This document shows, one piece after another, positions 50,001-59,772 of a stretch of 64,000 bases of DNA (the stretch's first letter is position 1; every line of letters starts with the position of its first letter). The DNA comes from Giardia intestinalis (lineage: Eukaryota). The notes beneath the pieces were generated by a model. The model worked only from the letters and a program-made list of their open reading frames with translations, did no database searches and was not told the DNA's origin. Position numbers and translations under genes: made by a program. The stretch lies in NCBI GenBank assembly GCA_000002435.2, contig CM018792.1. One strand, written 5' to 3'.

Positions 50001-50941
50001 AGGGCTACGTACTCACGCCCAATTTAAAGTGCAAACCCTTTGAGCACAGCGGTCAAAGTTGGCGCTCAGACATGAAGACAGCAATAGATGACTACAAGAA
50101 GGACGACCTGGCCGTGCCCTGGGACGAGGACACTGTGCAGAGGATGCTTCTAACACAGCATGTAGCCGCAGACATGAAGCCACCGGAAGGAAAGCCTGTC
50201 TTTTATACCCATTCAAAACCAATCAAATATTTTGACCAGGACAAGGAGCGCATGGGCTCAGTGATTCGCGACGATGCTGACTATAGAGAATATTTAAAGA
50301 AAAAGGAGCGGCAAGAGTGGAAGGAAAAGATAGTGGTTGATCACACGCACATTAATTTGCCTAAGGTTAACAGAACAGATACCCAGGGGCGTCTAAGGTC
50401 GAGTATCTCGCATCCAATACTACAAGATGAGCCCAGGAAATACTCACTGAAGATTGTTAATGGTTCAGGAAGCCTCAGCAAAATACCTGCTACGCTCACT
50501 CAAGAGCCATGGACAGACCCCGCCAAAGGAGACTATGCCGCGTTACTGGAAAAGTCTCGGCCAATCGGCTTGAAGAAGGCCAGTGACATTCACCCTTCGC
50601 TAGTCGAGGAGGTGGCGGCAATTGCACGAAGCAGCCGCTTGGTGTTCAAGTCTCGAGAGGAAGCAGATACCATGTCAGAGGAAGAAAAGAAGCGGCGTCG
50701 CGCAGAATTGAGGCGAGAGGCCACTGCTCAGCTGATGTTGAGGATGCGGTCACTAACACAAAAAGAATCTGAAGGGATTGACACTAATGAGCTCATCAAA
50801 ATGGCCAAGCAAATCATCAGTAAAAATGGAGAAGTGCAATATGACCTCAACCTAACACAGTTCAGTAGATATTCCGGCTTGCATGCAATAGATCTTATCG
50901 ACCGAACACCAAAAGTTATGGCTAAGCCAGTCAATTATTAA
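47039..50941 (+). CDS. hypothetical large protein (1300 aa), orphan
   Basis: ATG at 47039, 42 bp from the divergent ankyrin gene. No recognised motifs. Lys/Glu-rich C-terminus (…EEEKKRRRAELRREATAQL…). Confidence 0.5.
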   Translation: MSKEKQDKQGSDIKSTATLQLSISFNLEASFLPFSSTLPVLQLIVPGVSPISLPYYTINGEFPPEPVAKKEPSKKEPVPVDQGADIKLVEAIFKEIDIPNPLGLVQQFLTNPIKLMLSSPLASDKEKDQDKTSSSLLLPASILLVDLPLKTSFCLLSSTLPDLRLDGFLRLSILRASHVSKDSTQRFISFLPRAITETTLNVFVIRILSFKGIPLVGDLNYRTAFFEPIKLSLTIFGTTYYSDSISHELLGGTQNQLTTNTSQGISMQYLQSDETAVNLCVAKAFTTTDEIAQLYAELATTPATVELFYKAKPKRETPVNQQPNSGKEAKATPATTTKKLPSKPKEDDEDTREDDFFSFSVIAEINLVPLTEDDRVLDTVVSLKPVFKYKITQVPDLSKVALRHMECSSTINQACPIPQTLALGSWNDASIKVQAATASLLKKNPVIKTSEPRLAEQQSTSMQHFERAYFYLKPNDLYIASIVLSYVAQKNINAIRLFNPKLAEQFEHPDTRVGQSAKHTSAEKAIAVTDSTSVEEIAASSVLSREDTQEWLSQCASSLKVLAIKDVREKIGSTNTCDSIKAPFITGWHFSDPSFQLICLEAPACYGLIMPLAQKVDSLTKLQVDMPTDSLISPCTKCGPNVKFDSRLMPTSSLLLERFCFVNEIQALAEKSSSWTATTATAQNRRALATMLSLFTSLKIEGEPMHDLLGKVVKRCFRIEYTPVPMNMRQIAALKAFLNDRDIQSLKTWIGGVLPQHMRTISLLSYKDGPVVPLVNAPDDMMAKSGSWGVGTRSVSQRIRPHGMCDTVSINMSIMGTGLDEIANYSATLAATAHEASDLLRQKDAHGMKEHRRAASSTDANLASSTLLSLTKRMKYELNGDDESGLHGNVQPLNTNEEQIVNQIMNNSLLPERSRTAVSDAVAGRVKFSYSNQTLGIKNLQSKARDLIVASGKGKGHKIPLWEGYRDPKLPHLSRYSTRGSKEYELEKGYVLTPNLKCKPFEHSGQSWRSDMKTAIDDYKKDDLAVPWDEDTVQRMLLTQHVAADMKPPEGKPVFYTHSKPIKYFDQDKERMGSVIRDDADYREYLKKKERQEWKEKIVVDHTHINLPKVNRTDTQGRLRSSISHPILQDEPRKYSLKIVNGSGSLSKIPATLTQEPWTDPAKGDYAALLEKSRPIGLKKASDIHPSLVEEVAAIARSSRLVFKSREEADTMSEEEKKRRRAELRREATAQLMLRMRSLTQKESEGIDTNELIKMAKQIISKNGEVQYDLNLTQFSRYSGLHAIDLIDRTPKVMAKPVNY

Positions 50942-53900
50942 AGGAATAACCGAAAACTCCGAAAAGAATAACATCGTTAGTGCTCTTTTTTATGGTCATA
51001 GTTTGGGCAACAATAGGCTCTGAAAGTTGGTCCAGCTGGACAACAAGTGGCTTTTTGCTGGTAATCCGTATTTCACGCTGAAGGCAATCATTTGCGGCTT
51101 TTAAAGCGCCTGGAAGCACGCACTTCTTAACAAGTTCGCTGGGAATGTATTTCAATGTTTCCTCAAAGTCTCCATCAACCCTGGCAGATGGAAGACGAAT
51201 ATATGGCTGGAGAGAGACTTCTGGTCTTAGTATTATGTCGCTCGTCTTGGCCTTTATTCCGATAAAGGTATGAAGATACTGCTCCTGAACGTACTCGTCT
51301 GAAACAGGTATCTGGCACGGTTGCTCGGGATTATGTGCAGGGACAAGGCTTGTGTTACTATTTGTTTTTGAGTGTCCGCTGAAAGTGGTAGAATTAGCTC
51401 TTTGCCTGGTCTCGCGGGTTATCTTAGCGTTGCTCCTTCTTATTGATAGTTGGATGTTCAATCGCTTGGACTTAGGTGTTTTTGTAGGGCTAGTAGCCCC
51501 CTGTGCAGAGTTAAGAGAAGGCTTGTTTTCTAAGGTTGTCCTAGCACTCTCGAGGTGTTGCAGGAGTGTCGCTTCGGGCACGGCACTTGTTCCTGTACAA
51601 GTAGCCATGTTATGAACGTCGGTGGTCGACGTGCTTATACTAGTGCATGACTGGACCTCTGATTGCGTTTTTTCCTCGGGAAACGTGCTTCTCCAACCCT
51701 TGACATTTTGGGACTCAGAGTCCTTATGCGATATCTCACAATCTTCCATCGTAGACGATTCGGCTAGTACAACAGTTGTAGGCTTTATCTGTCTAGTACC
51801 TAGGTCTATTTTTAGCTCACATGGCCTATTTTTCTTGGTAATAGAACTTTGGTTTGCAGTAGTAGAGATTGATGCCTGCTCAGTGAGTCTAGAGGAGTGT
51901 TTTGTAGATGTACTACGGCGGTGTGAAAGCTTTTCGTTTCGATCTGTCGTGGGATTCTCTTGAGCTAGCGAGGGATTTGTGTACCATTTATAGTCATCTC
52001 CAGAAGGGGATGCACAGTACTCTATTTTTGGCATTGGGATATTGCCCTGCTTGTAAAAGTGATAATACATGTAGTTGTATACGCATTTGCAGGCCTTTAA
52101 TGCACACAGAAAAGGGTTTGTAGAAGCTATCTCTATAGTACGCCAAGTGTTCAGTATGTGCAAGTTTCTGAGGGTCAATGTTTTGCCTTTTTTACTGTCC
52201 TTAATTGGAATTCCGCCAACAACTATTTGCAGTTGTACGTCTAAGAGGTTGCTAGCCTCCACATATGAATCTGATATGTATTGTCCAATAGATATAGATC
52301 CCCAGCATGTAGCTGTTCTATGCTTCTTGTCTGTGTCAATCTTGAGATTCTTATTCTTTCTATTCGCCTTCTTGGGAGTCTTTGGCTCTGTATTATGCTC
52401 TGTCAGGATGTGGCGTGACAAGAGTAAGTCCTTTGTTGCGTGATTCTCCTGAGATAGAATAGATCTGTTGCTGGCGTGCTTAATTGAGAATAAGTTCCTC
52501 CTTTCATCTACCTTTAGGGCATCTATAGATGGAGTAATTGAGGGTGTCTCTGATAGCAGCATCCGAGATATTTCTTGAAGTCTGCTTCTGTCCTCACTTG
52601 AAGGGTAGATGAGATAAAGTGGTGCGCGCAATATCCTCTCAGATGGTAGTACTTCTGTATGGACCACCATGGCAGCCAATGGAATAACGGATTGCGCTCT
52701 AAGATATGTCTTAATGGCTTGATTTATCACTAACTCGAACGTCTTTATGGATCGCAAGGTGACGCTAGAGGTTAAATCTGTCTGTGAGGGGCTGTCTATA
52801 GTAGTTGCAGCACCTGAATTCAATGTAAGTGTGAGATGTTCTTGGACTGGTGTTGACACGGTTAGTGGGCCAAATGCAAGTGAGACTGCAGTGTTCCCAT
52901 GTACAGGAGTGCCTTGGAGTCTTTTGCTATTCAATACAGTGGTGGTATGGGCACTCTGTTGAGTGGACATAGAGCCTGTAAAAAGACATAACCATGATAG
53001 CATACCGCTACAATAGCACTGGGTGATAGCTAGCCATGCTGGTGTACCGAATAGCTTTTCGTACAACGCATCCTTAGTCGATAGAATGTCATCTATAGAC
53101 CCCTTTGCGATACAGGTTACAATCTGGGCAACAAGACCCAGAGACGTAGCCCGCGCTCCGTCCTTACAGACCTCATCAAAAACTTCTGCGTGTGCAGCAG
53201 AAGGTACCGGCACGGGGTAAAGTACCATGGGGTGCAAAGTTGTCAGAGTAATATCCGCAAGGGTGGCGCATGCCCGCAATAGCTTGACACCCTTTGAAAG
53301 AACTGCTCCTAAGGGTGTTTTTTCACTGATAAACACGGACAGCTCCTCAGTGTTACTGCACGGGAAGACGTTTTGATTGTAGGAAGAGAATATCTTGTAT
53401 ATGCTTGAACTGTGAGCATCGTCAGGACTCGTTAGCAATAAAACATGAATACCCTTCTGCATAACAGATGCAATGGCCGGAATCTTATATGCATTGAGGT
53501 CCCCCGACTCAGAAATATAGATGTTCCCACCTTCCTCGATCGACGCCGGGTCAGGACCATATCCTAACTCGTCTAGAACGTTCTGTAAGGAAAGAGAATT
53601 AGCTGCACGTGTGACGCTGTGAACGTTTTGGTATCTATTGTGGTTTGACAGTTCTTCTTGAAAGACATGCCCTTCGATGTTCTTAAGGTTAAAAAGAACA
53701 GACGTCAACGATACCTTTTGGTTTTTAACTCCTTCTATGAGCAATTCTGTATTGTTATCGGTAGATGCCTGCAGCAGCTGATTCCCCTCACCAAAAGGGT
53801 TTTTGAGGCCAATATCTTCTTCAAATACAGAGGTGGTGCCCTTCCTTCCATCGCAAAATGCTGCGAACTGTTCAAAACCGCCGTCTTCAGTCTTGCAGTT

Positions 53901-55916
53901 GGAGAATAGATTGGTTAGGTGCAATGCTTTATATAAAAAGGCTAAATAAAGACCCATAAAGCGTAGTGTGTTTTCTATCTCAATGTGTGACTGTTCATTG
54001 TTGTTATAAGGCAGAGGAAAATAAAGAATGCTGTCATCACTTTGCAAACCGGACGCTATTAATGAGGGGTACTCGAGTTCGCTATTAAACAACGCGAATA
54101 CAACAGTTCTTTGAAAGAACACATTATTACGAATATCAAGGAGCTCGCAGAGCAGCTTAAAAGCCTCCGGCGACATGGTATAGGACCCCGAAGTTGGATC
54201 CCCCATAGAGCCATAAATATTAGAGCTGTAACTGAATAAACCTACATCATGTGGAGATCCCCCTTTCCCTTTTACAGGAATAAGGAGATCTGACAGCCTA
54301 TCTAAGAACGTGCCCAGAATATAGTCTAGAACTTCAGTTAGTGTCATGGCTGGATTGTTCTCTGTGCTCACGCTGGACCTATTTGATTCGCTACTGTCGT
54401 TATCTTTATCTTGATCTAGTGTCTTTTGCCTCGGTCTTTCTGTAACAAGCTCCGAGCGCTCAACGATAGTAAGATTCCCCAATGACGGGAACAAGCGCAG
54501 CGGATTCATGTCGGCCATAATCATAGTGCTCGGGAATGTTTGCATCAGGAGGTGTAGTATAGTATTGCAGTGTTGGTCTGTCTGCGTAAGGACCATGCGG
54601 ACACTCTGCTGCATTAGCATTGGCGCATCGCTCATGGACGCACACAAGGGGGCTGAGTAGGAAACACTGTTAATATCCAGAGGGAAGTTAATATACTGAG
54701 AGATCGTGTGAGAGGAAATATTATCTCGAGGAACAAAAGTCGGAGCAAAGCCGAAAATAAACAGCAGCCTCTCTATGTTTTTTGTTTTAAATGCTGACAC
54801 TATTGATAAATAGATTGTAGTCTCGCGGGCAAGATACTCTTGTTCCAGTAGTTGTGTAAGACTGGCAGGATCTATTTTTGGTATCAAAGGTGGAGCTTGA
54901 GCGCGCTGAAGAACGCTAGAAGGTAAGCTAGACTGCCGTAATGTAGTGCCTTGCAGTGCAGCCAAGGGATTAGCTCCAATATTTGTGTATGAAAGAGGGG
55001 TCGAAGAGTATGGTAGGCTAGGTGGTAAAGACAGAGCAGCTTCTGGGACATTAAGGTATGGAGATGCAGGGGCAAGTTCTGAGCCATGTGGCTTTGTATA
55101 TGCAGATAGTGTGGGCAGAATAGCCGAATGTGCACCGGAGTCGACTTGTCCTCTAAGGTGTGTACTATGCAGCGTTTCCATACCAACGTTTGGCTCAGGT
55201 TTTTCTGTAATTGCACGTTTCTCTGGCCTGCTGAATAGATCTTGCTTGGATACAGGTGAGAAGTCGATTAGCTTATCGAGTCTGACCATCAAATCCTTCG
55301 GAAACCGACTGAGAGTCTCTTGTGTAGGGTAAACAGATCTAATGGACAAAGCTAAAGTCGCTGCATGGGACTGTGCTATAGACGGGGCTCTACCTATATC
55401 TGTGATAAGGGATAGAGGAGCATAAACAGCTTGCGATGTGTCAGCTCTGATGGGTGACAACACAGCTAGATAACTCTGCCCAGGTCCCAGTAAGTAGTCG
55501 AGGTCTAGAAGAGCTTCATAAACCTTGTGCATCTTTTGCTTTCTATCGACCACTGCTAGGAATATTTTGCACTCAGAAACATTCCGGTAACAAGAGTGGG
55601 GGTACAGTAAGGAAAATAGACTCCTCATCGTGATCTGTACCTTCCTACCTTGGTCCTGTTCAATTAAACTTTCTGTTAGCGTTTCCTCTTGGACTAGCTC
55701 GGGAGAGATGACGTCTGAATAAAGTGTGGCTGTCTTCCGGGGTATCTTTACCCCGATGGATAACCCCAGCCCAGAAAAACTCCTGAGTGTCTTCGGTGAA
55801 AAGTAAATGGAGTGGACGAGAACCTGGAGAAGGCGAGGGGTGCTATCTCGCCAACTTCCCGACTTTATCTCGCGTTGAGATGAGGTGTACTCGCGGGCAT
55901 AGTTGTGCCACTGCAT
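50931..55916 (-). CDS. hypothetical large protein (1661 aa), orphan
   Basis: ATG at 55914-55916. Its 3' end overlaps the convergent 1300-aa gene by 11 bp. Ser/Thr-rich N-terminal third. No recognised motif. Confidence 0.5.
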   Translation of the reverse strand: MQWHNYAREYTSSQREIKSGSWRDSTPRLLQVLVHSIYFSPKTLRSFSGLGLSIGVKIPRKTATLYSDVISPELVQEETLTESLIEQDQGRKVQITMRSLFSLLYPHSCYRNVSECKIFLAVVDRKQKMHKVYEALLDLDYLLGPGQSYLAVLSPIRADTSQAVYAPLSLITDIGRAPSIAQSHAATLALSIRSVYPTQETLSRFPKDLMVRLDKLIDFSPVSKQDLFSRPEKRAITEKPEPNVGMETLHSTHLRGQVDSGAHSAILPTLSAYTKPHGSELAPASPYLNVPEAALSLPPSLPYSSTPLSYTNIGANPLAALQGTTLRQSSLPSSVLQRAQAPPLIPKIDPASLTQLLEQEYLARETTIYLSIVSAFKTKNIERLLFIFGFAPTFVPRDNISSHTISQYINFPLDINSVSYSAPLCASMSDAPMLMQQSVRMVLTQTDQHCNTILHLLMQTFPSTMIMADMNPLRLFPSLGNLTIVERSELVTERPRQKTLDQDKDNDSSESNRSSVSTENNPAMTLTEVLDYILGTFLDRLSDLLIPVKGKGGSPHDVGLFSYSSNIYGSMGDPTSGSYTMSPEAFKLLCELLDIRNNVFFQRTVVFALFNSELEYPSLIASGLQSDDSILYFPLPYNNNEQSHIEIENTLRFMGLYLAFLYKALHLTNLFSNCKTEDGGFEQFAAFCDGRKGTTSVFEEDIGLKNPFGEGNQLLQASTDNNTELLIEGVKNQKVSLTSVLFNLKNIEGHVFQEELSNHNRYQNVHSVTRAANSLSLQNVLDELGYGPDPASIEEGGNIYISESGDLNAYKIPAIASVMQKGIHVLLLTSPDDAHSSSIYKIFSSYNQNVFPCSNTEELSVFISEKTPLGAVLSKGVKLLRACATLADITLTTLHPMVLYPVPVPSAAHAEVFDEVCKDGARATSLGLVAQIVTCIAKGSIDDILSTKDALYEKLFGTPAWLAITQCYCSGMLSWLCLFTGSMSTQQSAHTTTVLNSKRLQGTPVHGNTAVSLAFGPLTVSTPVQEHLTLTLNSGAATTIDSPSQTDLTSSVTLRSIKTFELVINQAIKTYLRAQSVIPLAAMVVHTEVLPSERILRAPLYLIYPSSEDRSRLQEISRMLLSETPSITPSIDALKVDERRNLFSIKHASNRSILSQENHATKDLLLSRHILTEHNTEPKTPKKANRKNKNLKIDTDKKHRTATCWGSISIGQYISDSYVEASNLLDVQLQIVVGGIPIKDSKKGKTLTLRNLHILNTWRTIEIASTNPFLCALKACKCVYNYMYYHFYKQGNIPMPKIEYCASPSGDDYKWYTNPSLAQENPTTDRNEKLSHRRSTSTKHSSRLTEQASISTTANQSSITKKNRPCELKIDLGTRQIKPTTVVLAESSTMEDCEISHKDSESQNVKGWRSTFPEEKTQSEVQSCTSISTSTTDVHNMATCTGTSAVPEATLLQHLESARTTLENKPSLNSAQGATSPTKTPKSKRLNIQLSIRRSNAKITRETRQRANSTTFSGHSKTNSNTSLVPAHNPEQPCQIPVSDEYVQEQYLHTFIGIKAKTSDIILRPEVSLQPYIRLPSARVDGDFEETLKYIPSELVKKCVLPGALKAANDCLQREIRITSKKPLVVQLDQLSEPIVAQTMTIKKSTNDVILFGVFGYSFNN

Positions 55917-56249
55917 AGTTTTTTCATAAAACTAATTTGGTCCTGAGCATGCAAAACACGTCCATCACGCCTCTATTCAAACAGATGGTCTCTGGGTTTG
56001 CACAGGATAATAGTAGCTCACTTGCTCCAATTCCTGACTCTGTGCCTGAGCCAACCACCCCGCAATTAGCATCTAGCTTTGTGGAAGTGTGCAAAAAGAC
56101 AAACATTTCTACAAGCCCGGTTCTTCCCTCAGTGGTATATCTAGATCTTTCGGACGTTCCTCAGACACCGCCTGCTTCTGATTAAGTAATTTGGAGTGAA
56201 TGTTAAATTGGCCGTCTGTCGTCCCGTCTTTAGAATTTGACTTTTTGGA

Positions 56250-58730
56250 ATGTCCGAGGAAGGCGCTTTGATGGAGCGGTTTCGAAACTCCTTGGCTAGT
56301 GGAAATTCTAAGGAGTTAACTCAGATATGCGAGGAGGCAGCGAAATCCAAGGTCTGTCTTAAGGCTCCCGAACGCATAGTCACTGAGAACGCAACGTCCA
56401 AGCCTTCTCCAGAGGAACTGAGGATCTTGTTTACTAATATTGCAGCGGGAAATTATGAGGCATGCAAGCAACAGAGCGGTGCGCTTATCTGCTCCTGGCA
56501 AGGAAGGACTCCGCTCATGTGTGCAGCGGAACATGGACATGTGGATCTAACCAAGCTATTTCTGTCTCAGCTAGGCTGTGTCTCAGGAGATATGGCAAGA
56601 CGCACTGCTCTTCAGTTGGCTTTGATAAACGGGCATTCAGCGCTCTTTGTATATTTACTCCCGGAACGCGGGATTCGTGGAATATATGGCCGCACAATGC
56701 TTCATCTAACTGCATCTATGGGGGTTTCTACGTGGCTAAACAATTTCACAGCCTATCTCGGCGAAACAGACGACGATGAAAACACAGCCTTGATGCTAGC
56801 AGCAACGAACGGTCACGCGGCATGTGTGGAGCAGCTACTTACAGAGCTAGGAGAGGTAAATACAAATGGTGACACTGCGTTGTTGCTTGCAATGAGAGCA
56901 AGAGAGCGTAGCTGTGTCAAACTGCTAGAAGGAGAAATAGGGATCGCGGGCGTAACTTCTCTAATGTATACTGCTTCCTTAGGAGATGCGTCCACGCTAT
57001 CCCAGTTTCTCAAGGAGCGAAAAGCCATCGCTCTAATGGGTCGCCAGGATAACCAAGGACGCACAGCTCTAACCTATGCTATGGAGGCAGGCATACCCAT
57101 TGATACATGTGTTCCCTTATTAGCGAAAGAAGAGAACATCCCGACGGCGGATGGCTCACTTCCCGTTCACATTGCTGTGAGACGCGGCCTCTCGGACTAT
57201 TTGAAACGTCTACGCCATCAGCTCGTGATTCCTGATAACACAGGAGACTACCCTTTATCTGTAGCTGCACGCTATTGCTGGTGTGACTCTCTTGTAGAAC
57301 TGCTTGACCTCAAAGAGAACGATGATACGGAGTCTTCACCTATTCATCTGGATCCCGTCATCTTGAGTACTGCTATAGACGCCGCTATCAAACACATATG
57401 TCGTCTCGCGCTCCCTATTCTTACTGCACATGTTATCAAGTACAACTTGCTAGGACGCGTGTCTGTGCAGAGACGCACTGGGGTCCATGTTCTATCACCA
57501 ACAGATCTAATGAAGAGTGCTGCTAAGGGTAACACGCATGGTGTTCTGGCTAATCTGCACAAGATGAACTGTATTTACGAAGATAAAACCGCTCTGATGA
57601 TAGCAGCAGCCGGCGGGCATCACGAATGCGTCAAGCTCCTACTATGCGAGTTAGGAATAGTAGGCAGCAATGAATTAACAGCTCTTGACTATGCGTGTGA
57701 ACATGGATACCTAGGATGCATAGAGCAGCTGTCTCCAGAGTATTCATTGATGTTAGGGAAACCCTTGTATCATGCGGCCATTGGAGACTATGACTGGATC
57801 AAGAGGCATATTAAATCCGTATATAGATCCACTGTCCTATTCAGAACTCCTCTTATGTGCGCCGCAGCATGTGGACAAGACAAAGTTGTGGCAGAGCTTA
57901 CTGAACAGATTGGGATGACAGATTCACTGGGCTATACTGCGCTAGGCATAGCAGCCCAACGAGATCAGATGTCAGTCATCCCTATTCTTACTGACGAGCT
58001 TTCTTTATCGCAAGCAAATGGTATGTCTGCTCTTATGGTCGCGTGTAAGTATGGGTGCTATAGCTCCGCCGAGGCGCTCTTTTCTCTTTACTATCCTAAT
58101 AATAAAGCTGATGCATTGATTGGTAACGGTACTGTACAAGCCCTTGGACATGTAAGACGTGACTCCGATGGTAAGACCGCTTTGATGTACGCCACCATAT
58201 CAAGAAAGCGCCTCCTTGTCCGCATGCTACTTGGAGTAGAGGGTGGCTTGCAAGATAATGTTGGAATGACGGCGCTTATGTATGCAGTTCGCTACGGCTG
58301 CAAGGAATGCTACGAACTTCTTATAACATGCCAGGCTGAAGTCAAGCACCGGAACAACAAAAAGGAAACAGCTCTTATATTAGCAATTAAGCATAAGCGT
58401 GATCTTGCTGTAACGTTACTTGGACCAATAGAAGGGACCGAGCGAGACAGCGCTTCAAGAACAGCACTTATTTTTGCTACCGAGAGAAATAGAAAAAGAT
58501 ATATAAGAGAGCTATGTCCGCATGGTGAAGGCTCAGTGGATGAGCACGGAAACAGTGCCCTATCTATTGCCATCAAAAACGGACTTGTCACTATAACTCG
58601 ATGTTTGGTTCACTCCTCTTTAGAGTGTGCAGTTGCAAAGAAGATCATTGCAGCTTTAGAAAATAACCCACAAAACAGCAAAATAACGGCAGACTGCTTA
58701 AGAATACTAAATGAGCACACTGATCCTTAA
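56250..58730 (+). CDS. ankyrin-repeat protein (Protein 21.1 type)
   Basis: 826 aa with ATG at 56250. Repeats span nearly the whole length (TPLMCAAEHGHVDLTKLFL, TALMLAATNGHAACVEQLL, TALTYAMEAGIPID, TALMIAAAGGHHECVKLLL, TALMYATISRKRLLVRMLL, TALMYAVRYGCKECYELL …). Confidence 0.75.
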   Translation: MSEEGALMERFRNSLASGNSKELTQICEEAAKSKVCLKAPERIVTENATSKPSPEELRILFTNIAAGNYEACKQQSGALICSWQGRTPLMCAAEHGHVDLTKLFLSQLGCVSGDMARRTALQLALINGHSALFVYLLPERGIRGIYGRTMLHLTASMGVSTWLNNFTAYLGETDDDENTALMLAATNGHAACVEQLLTELGEVNTNGDTALLLAMRARERSCVKLLEGEIGIAGVTSLMYTASLGDASTLSQFLKERKAIALMGRQDNQGRTALTYAMEAGIPIDTCVPLLAKEENIPTADGSLPVHIAVRRGLSDYLKRLRHQLVIPDNTGDYPLSVAARYCWCDSLVELLDLKENDDTESSPIHLDPVILSTAIDAAIKHICRLALPILTAHVIKYNLLGRVSVQRRTGVHVLSPTDLMKSAAKGNTHGVLANLHKMNCIYEDKTALMIAAAGGHHECVKLLLCELGIVGSNELTALDYACEHGYLGCIEQLSPEYSLMLGKPLYHAAIGDYDWIKRHIKSVYRSTVLFRTPLMCAAACGQDKVVAELTEQIGMTDSLGYTALGIAAQRDQMSVIPILTDELSLSQANGMSALMVACKYGCYSSAEALFSLYYPNNKADALIGNGTVQALGHVRRDSDGKTALMYATISRKRLLVRMLLGVEGGLQDNVGMTALMYAVRYGCKECYELLITCQAEVKHRNNKKETALILAIKHKRDLAVTLLGPIEGTERDSASRTALIFATERNRKRYIRELCPHGEGSVDEHGNSALSIAIKNGLVTITRCLVHSSLECAVAKKIIAALENNPQNSKITADCLRILNEHTDP

Positions 58731-58734
58731 GCAC

Positions 58735-59757
58735 CTACTGAAAGTGGTGACCGTGTCGATATAGTATTTGGGTAACAGCTTCCTTCACGTCTGAAAAGAC
58801 CATCATTGGCATATTTTCTGCACCCTTTTTGATATCCTTCAGGTCTCCTTCGTGTGCTTGCCCAGTGAGGACAAGAACAGACACCCACCCATCCATTTTC
58901 CTCCTGTTTGCTCCGGTAACATCTGACGTAAGGCTGTCTCCAATCATATAAATGGTTCCTGAGTTGAGCCGCTTGTGAGCTTCATTAAAGATTGGGCTAT
59001 GCGGTTTGCCCAAATAGTGAATTTCTAGATCATTCACGTTCCTGATCTGCTTGTAGACCTCGCAAGTCGAAACCAGAAGGCTTCCAAGAGTAAGTCGTGG
59101 AATAACGTAGCTTCCTCCGTATGTTATGTCTGGGTTGCCCACATAAATGGGAGGCAGCAGAGAGCCATTGGAGACATCACCCGAAACAGACCCATTTCGA
59201 AGAAGCGCTTCCAACACCACTTGCATGTCGAGATACCAAGTATTGCTATCGTTACAGAAGAAAACCTCATCCACGTGAGTGGGGAAGTCATCAGCAAAGG
59301 TGCTCACAGGGAAGTCTGCGTCGGTCACTTGGCTCTCCTTGAGCCACTGGGCATATTGACCTTCGATGTCACAGTACCCCTGAATAATCCCAGTGTTAAA
59401 GCGCCTAACAACTTGCATTGTAAAAACACAGTTCCTATGCCCGGACTTCTTTATAATTGGGAGGGACAGTTTGGCGGCTCCGACGATCAGGACAACGGTG
59501 TCCTCGGAGCGACTAGAGAGGTAGTCCAGTGCCATGCTTGCAGTATTCACGACCTGCGATGGCGCAACCTTGTACCCGAGGATATCTTCCACTTCGCGGA
59601 CAAGCAGTTCTGGAAGAACGCCGCCATTGGAAAGAAGGACGTATGGGATGCCATTCTTATCCAGTGTGTCCAGTGCCTCTCTCGCGCCGGGTATGGGATG
59701 CCTGTCTCGACGTAGAACACCGTCCATGTCTAACGCAAATGCGACGTCTGTGGGCAT
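58735..59757 (-). CDS. HAD-superfamily hydrolase, subfamily IIA-like
   Basis: Track start 59772 is TTG; the first ATG is at 59755-59757 (MPTDVAFALDMDGVL…). HAD motif I with the nucleophile Asp (DMDGVL). The YVLLSNGG block matches the IIA/CECR5-type motif II. C-terminal …YMIGDSLTSDV… is motif IV-like (GDxxxxD). Confidence 0.6.
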   Translation of the reverse strand: MPTDVAFALDMDGVLRRDRHPIPGAREALDTLDKNGIPYVLLSNGGVLPELLVREVEDILGYKVAPSQVVNTASMALDYLSSRSEDTVVLIVGAAKLSLPIIKKSGHRNCVFTMQVVRRFNTGIIQGYCDIEGQYAQWLKESQVTDADFPVSTFADDFPTHVDEVFFCNDSNTWYLDMQVVLEALLRNGSVSGDVSNGSLLPPIYVGNPDITYGGSYVIPRLTLGSLLVSTCEVYKQIRNVNDLEIHYLGKPHSPIFNEAHKRLNSGTIYMIGDSLTSDVTGANRRKMDGWVSVLVLTGQAHEGDLKDIKKGAENMPMMVFSDVKEAVTQILYRHGHHFQ

Positions 59758-59772
59758 CACAAGCAGAGCCAA

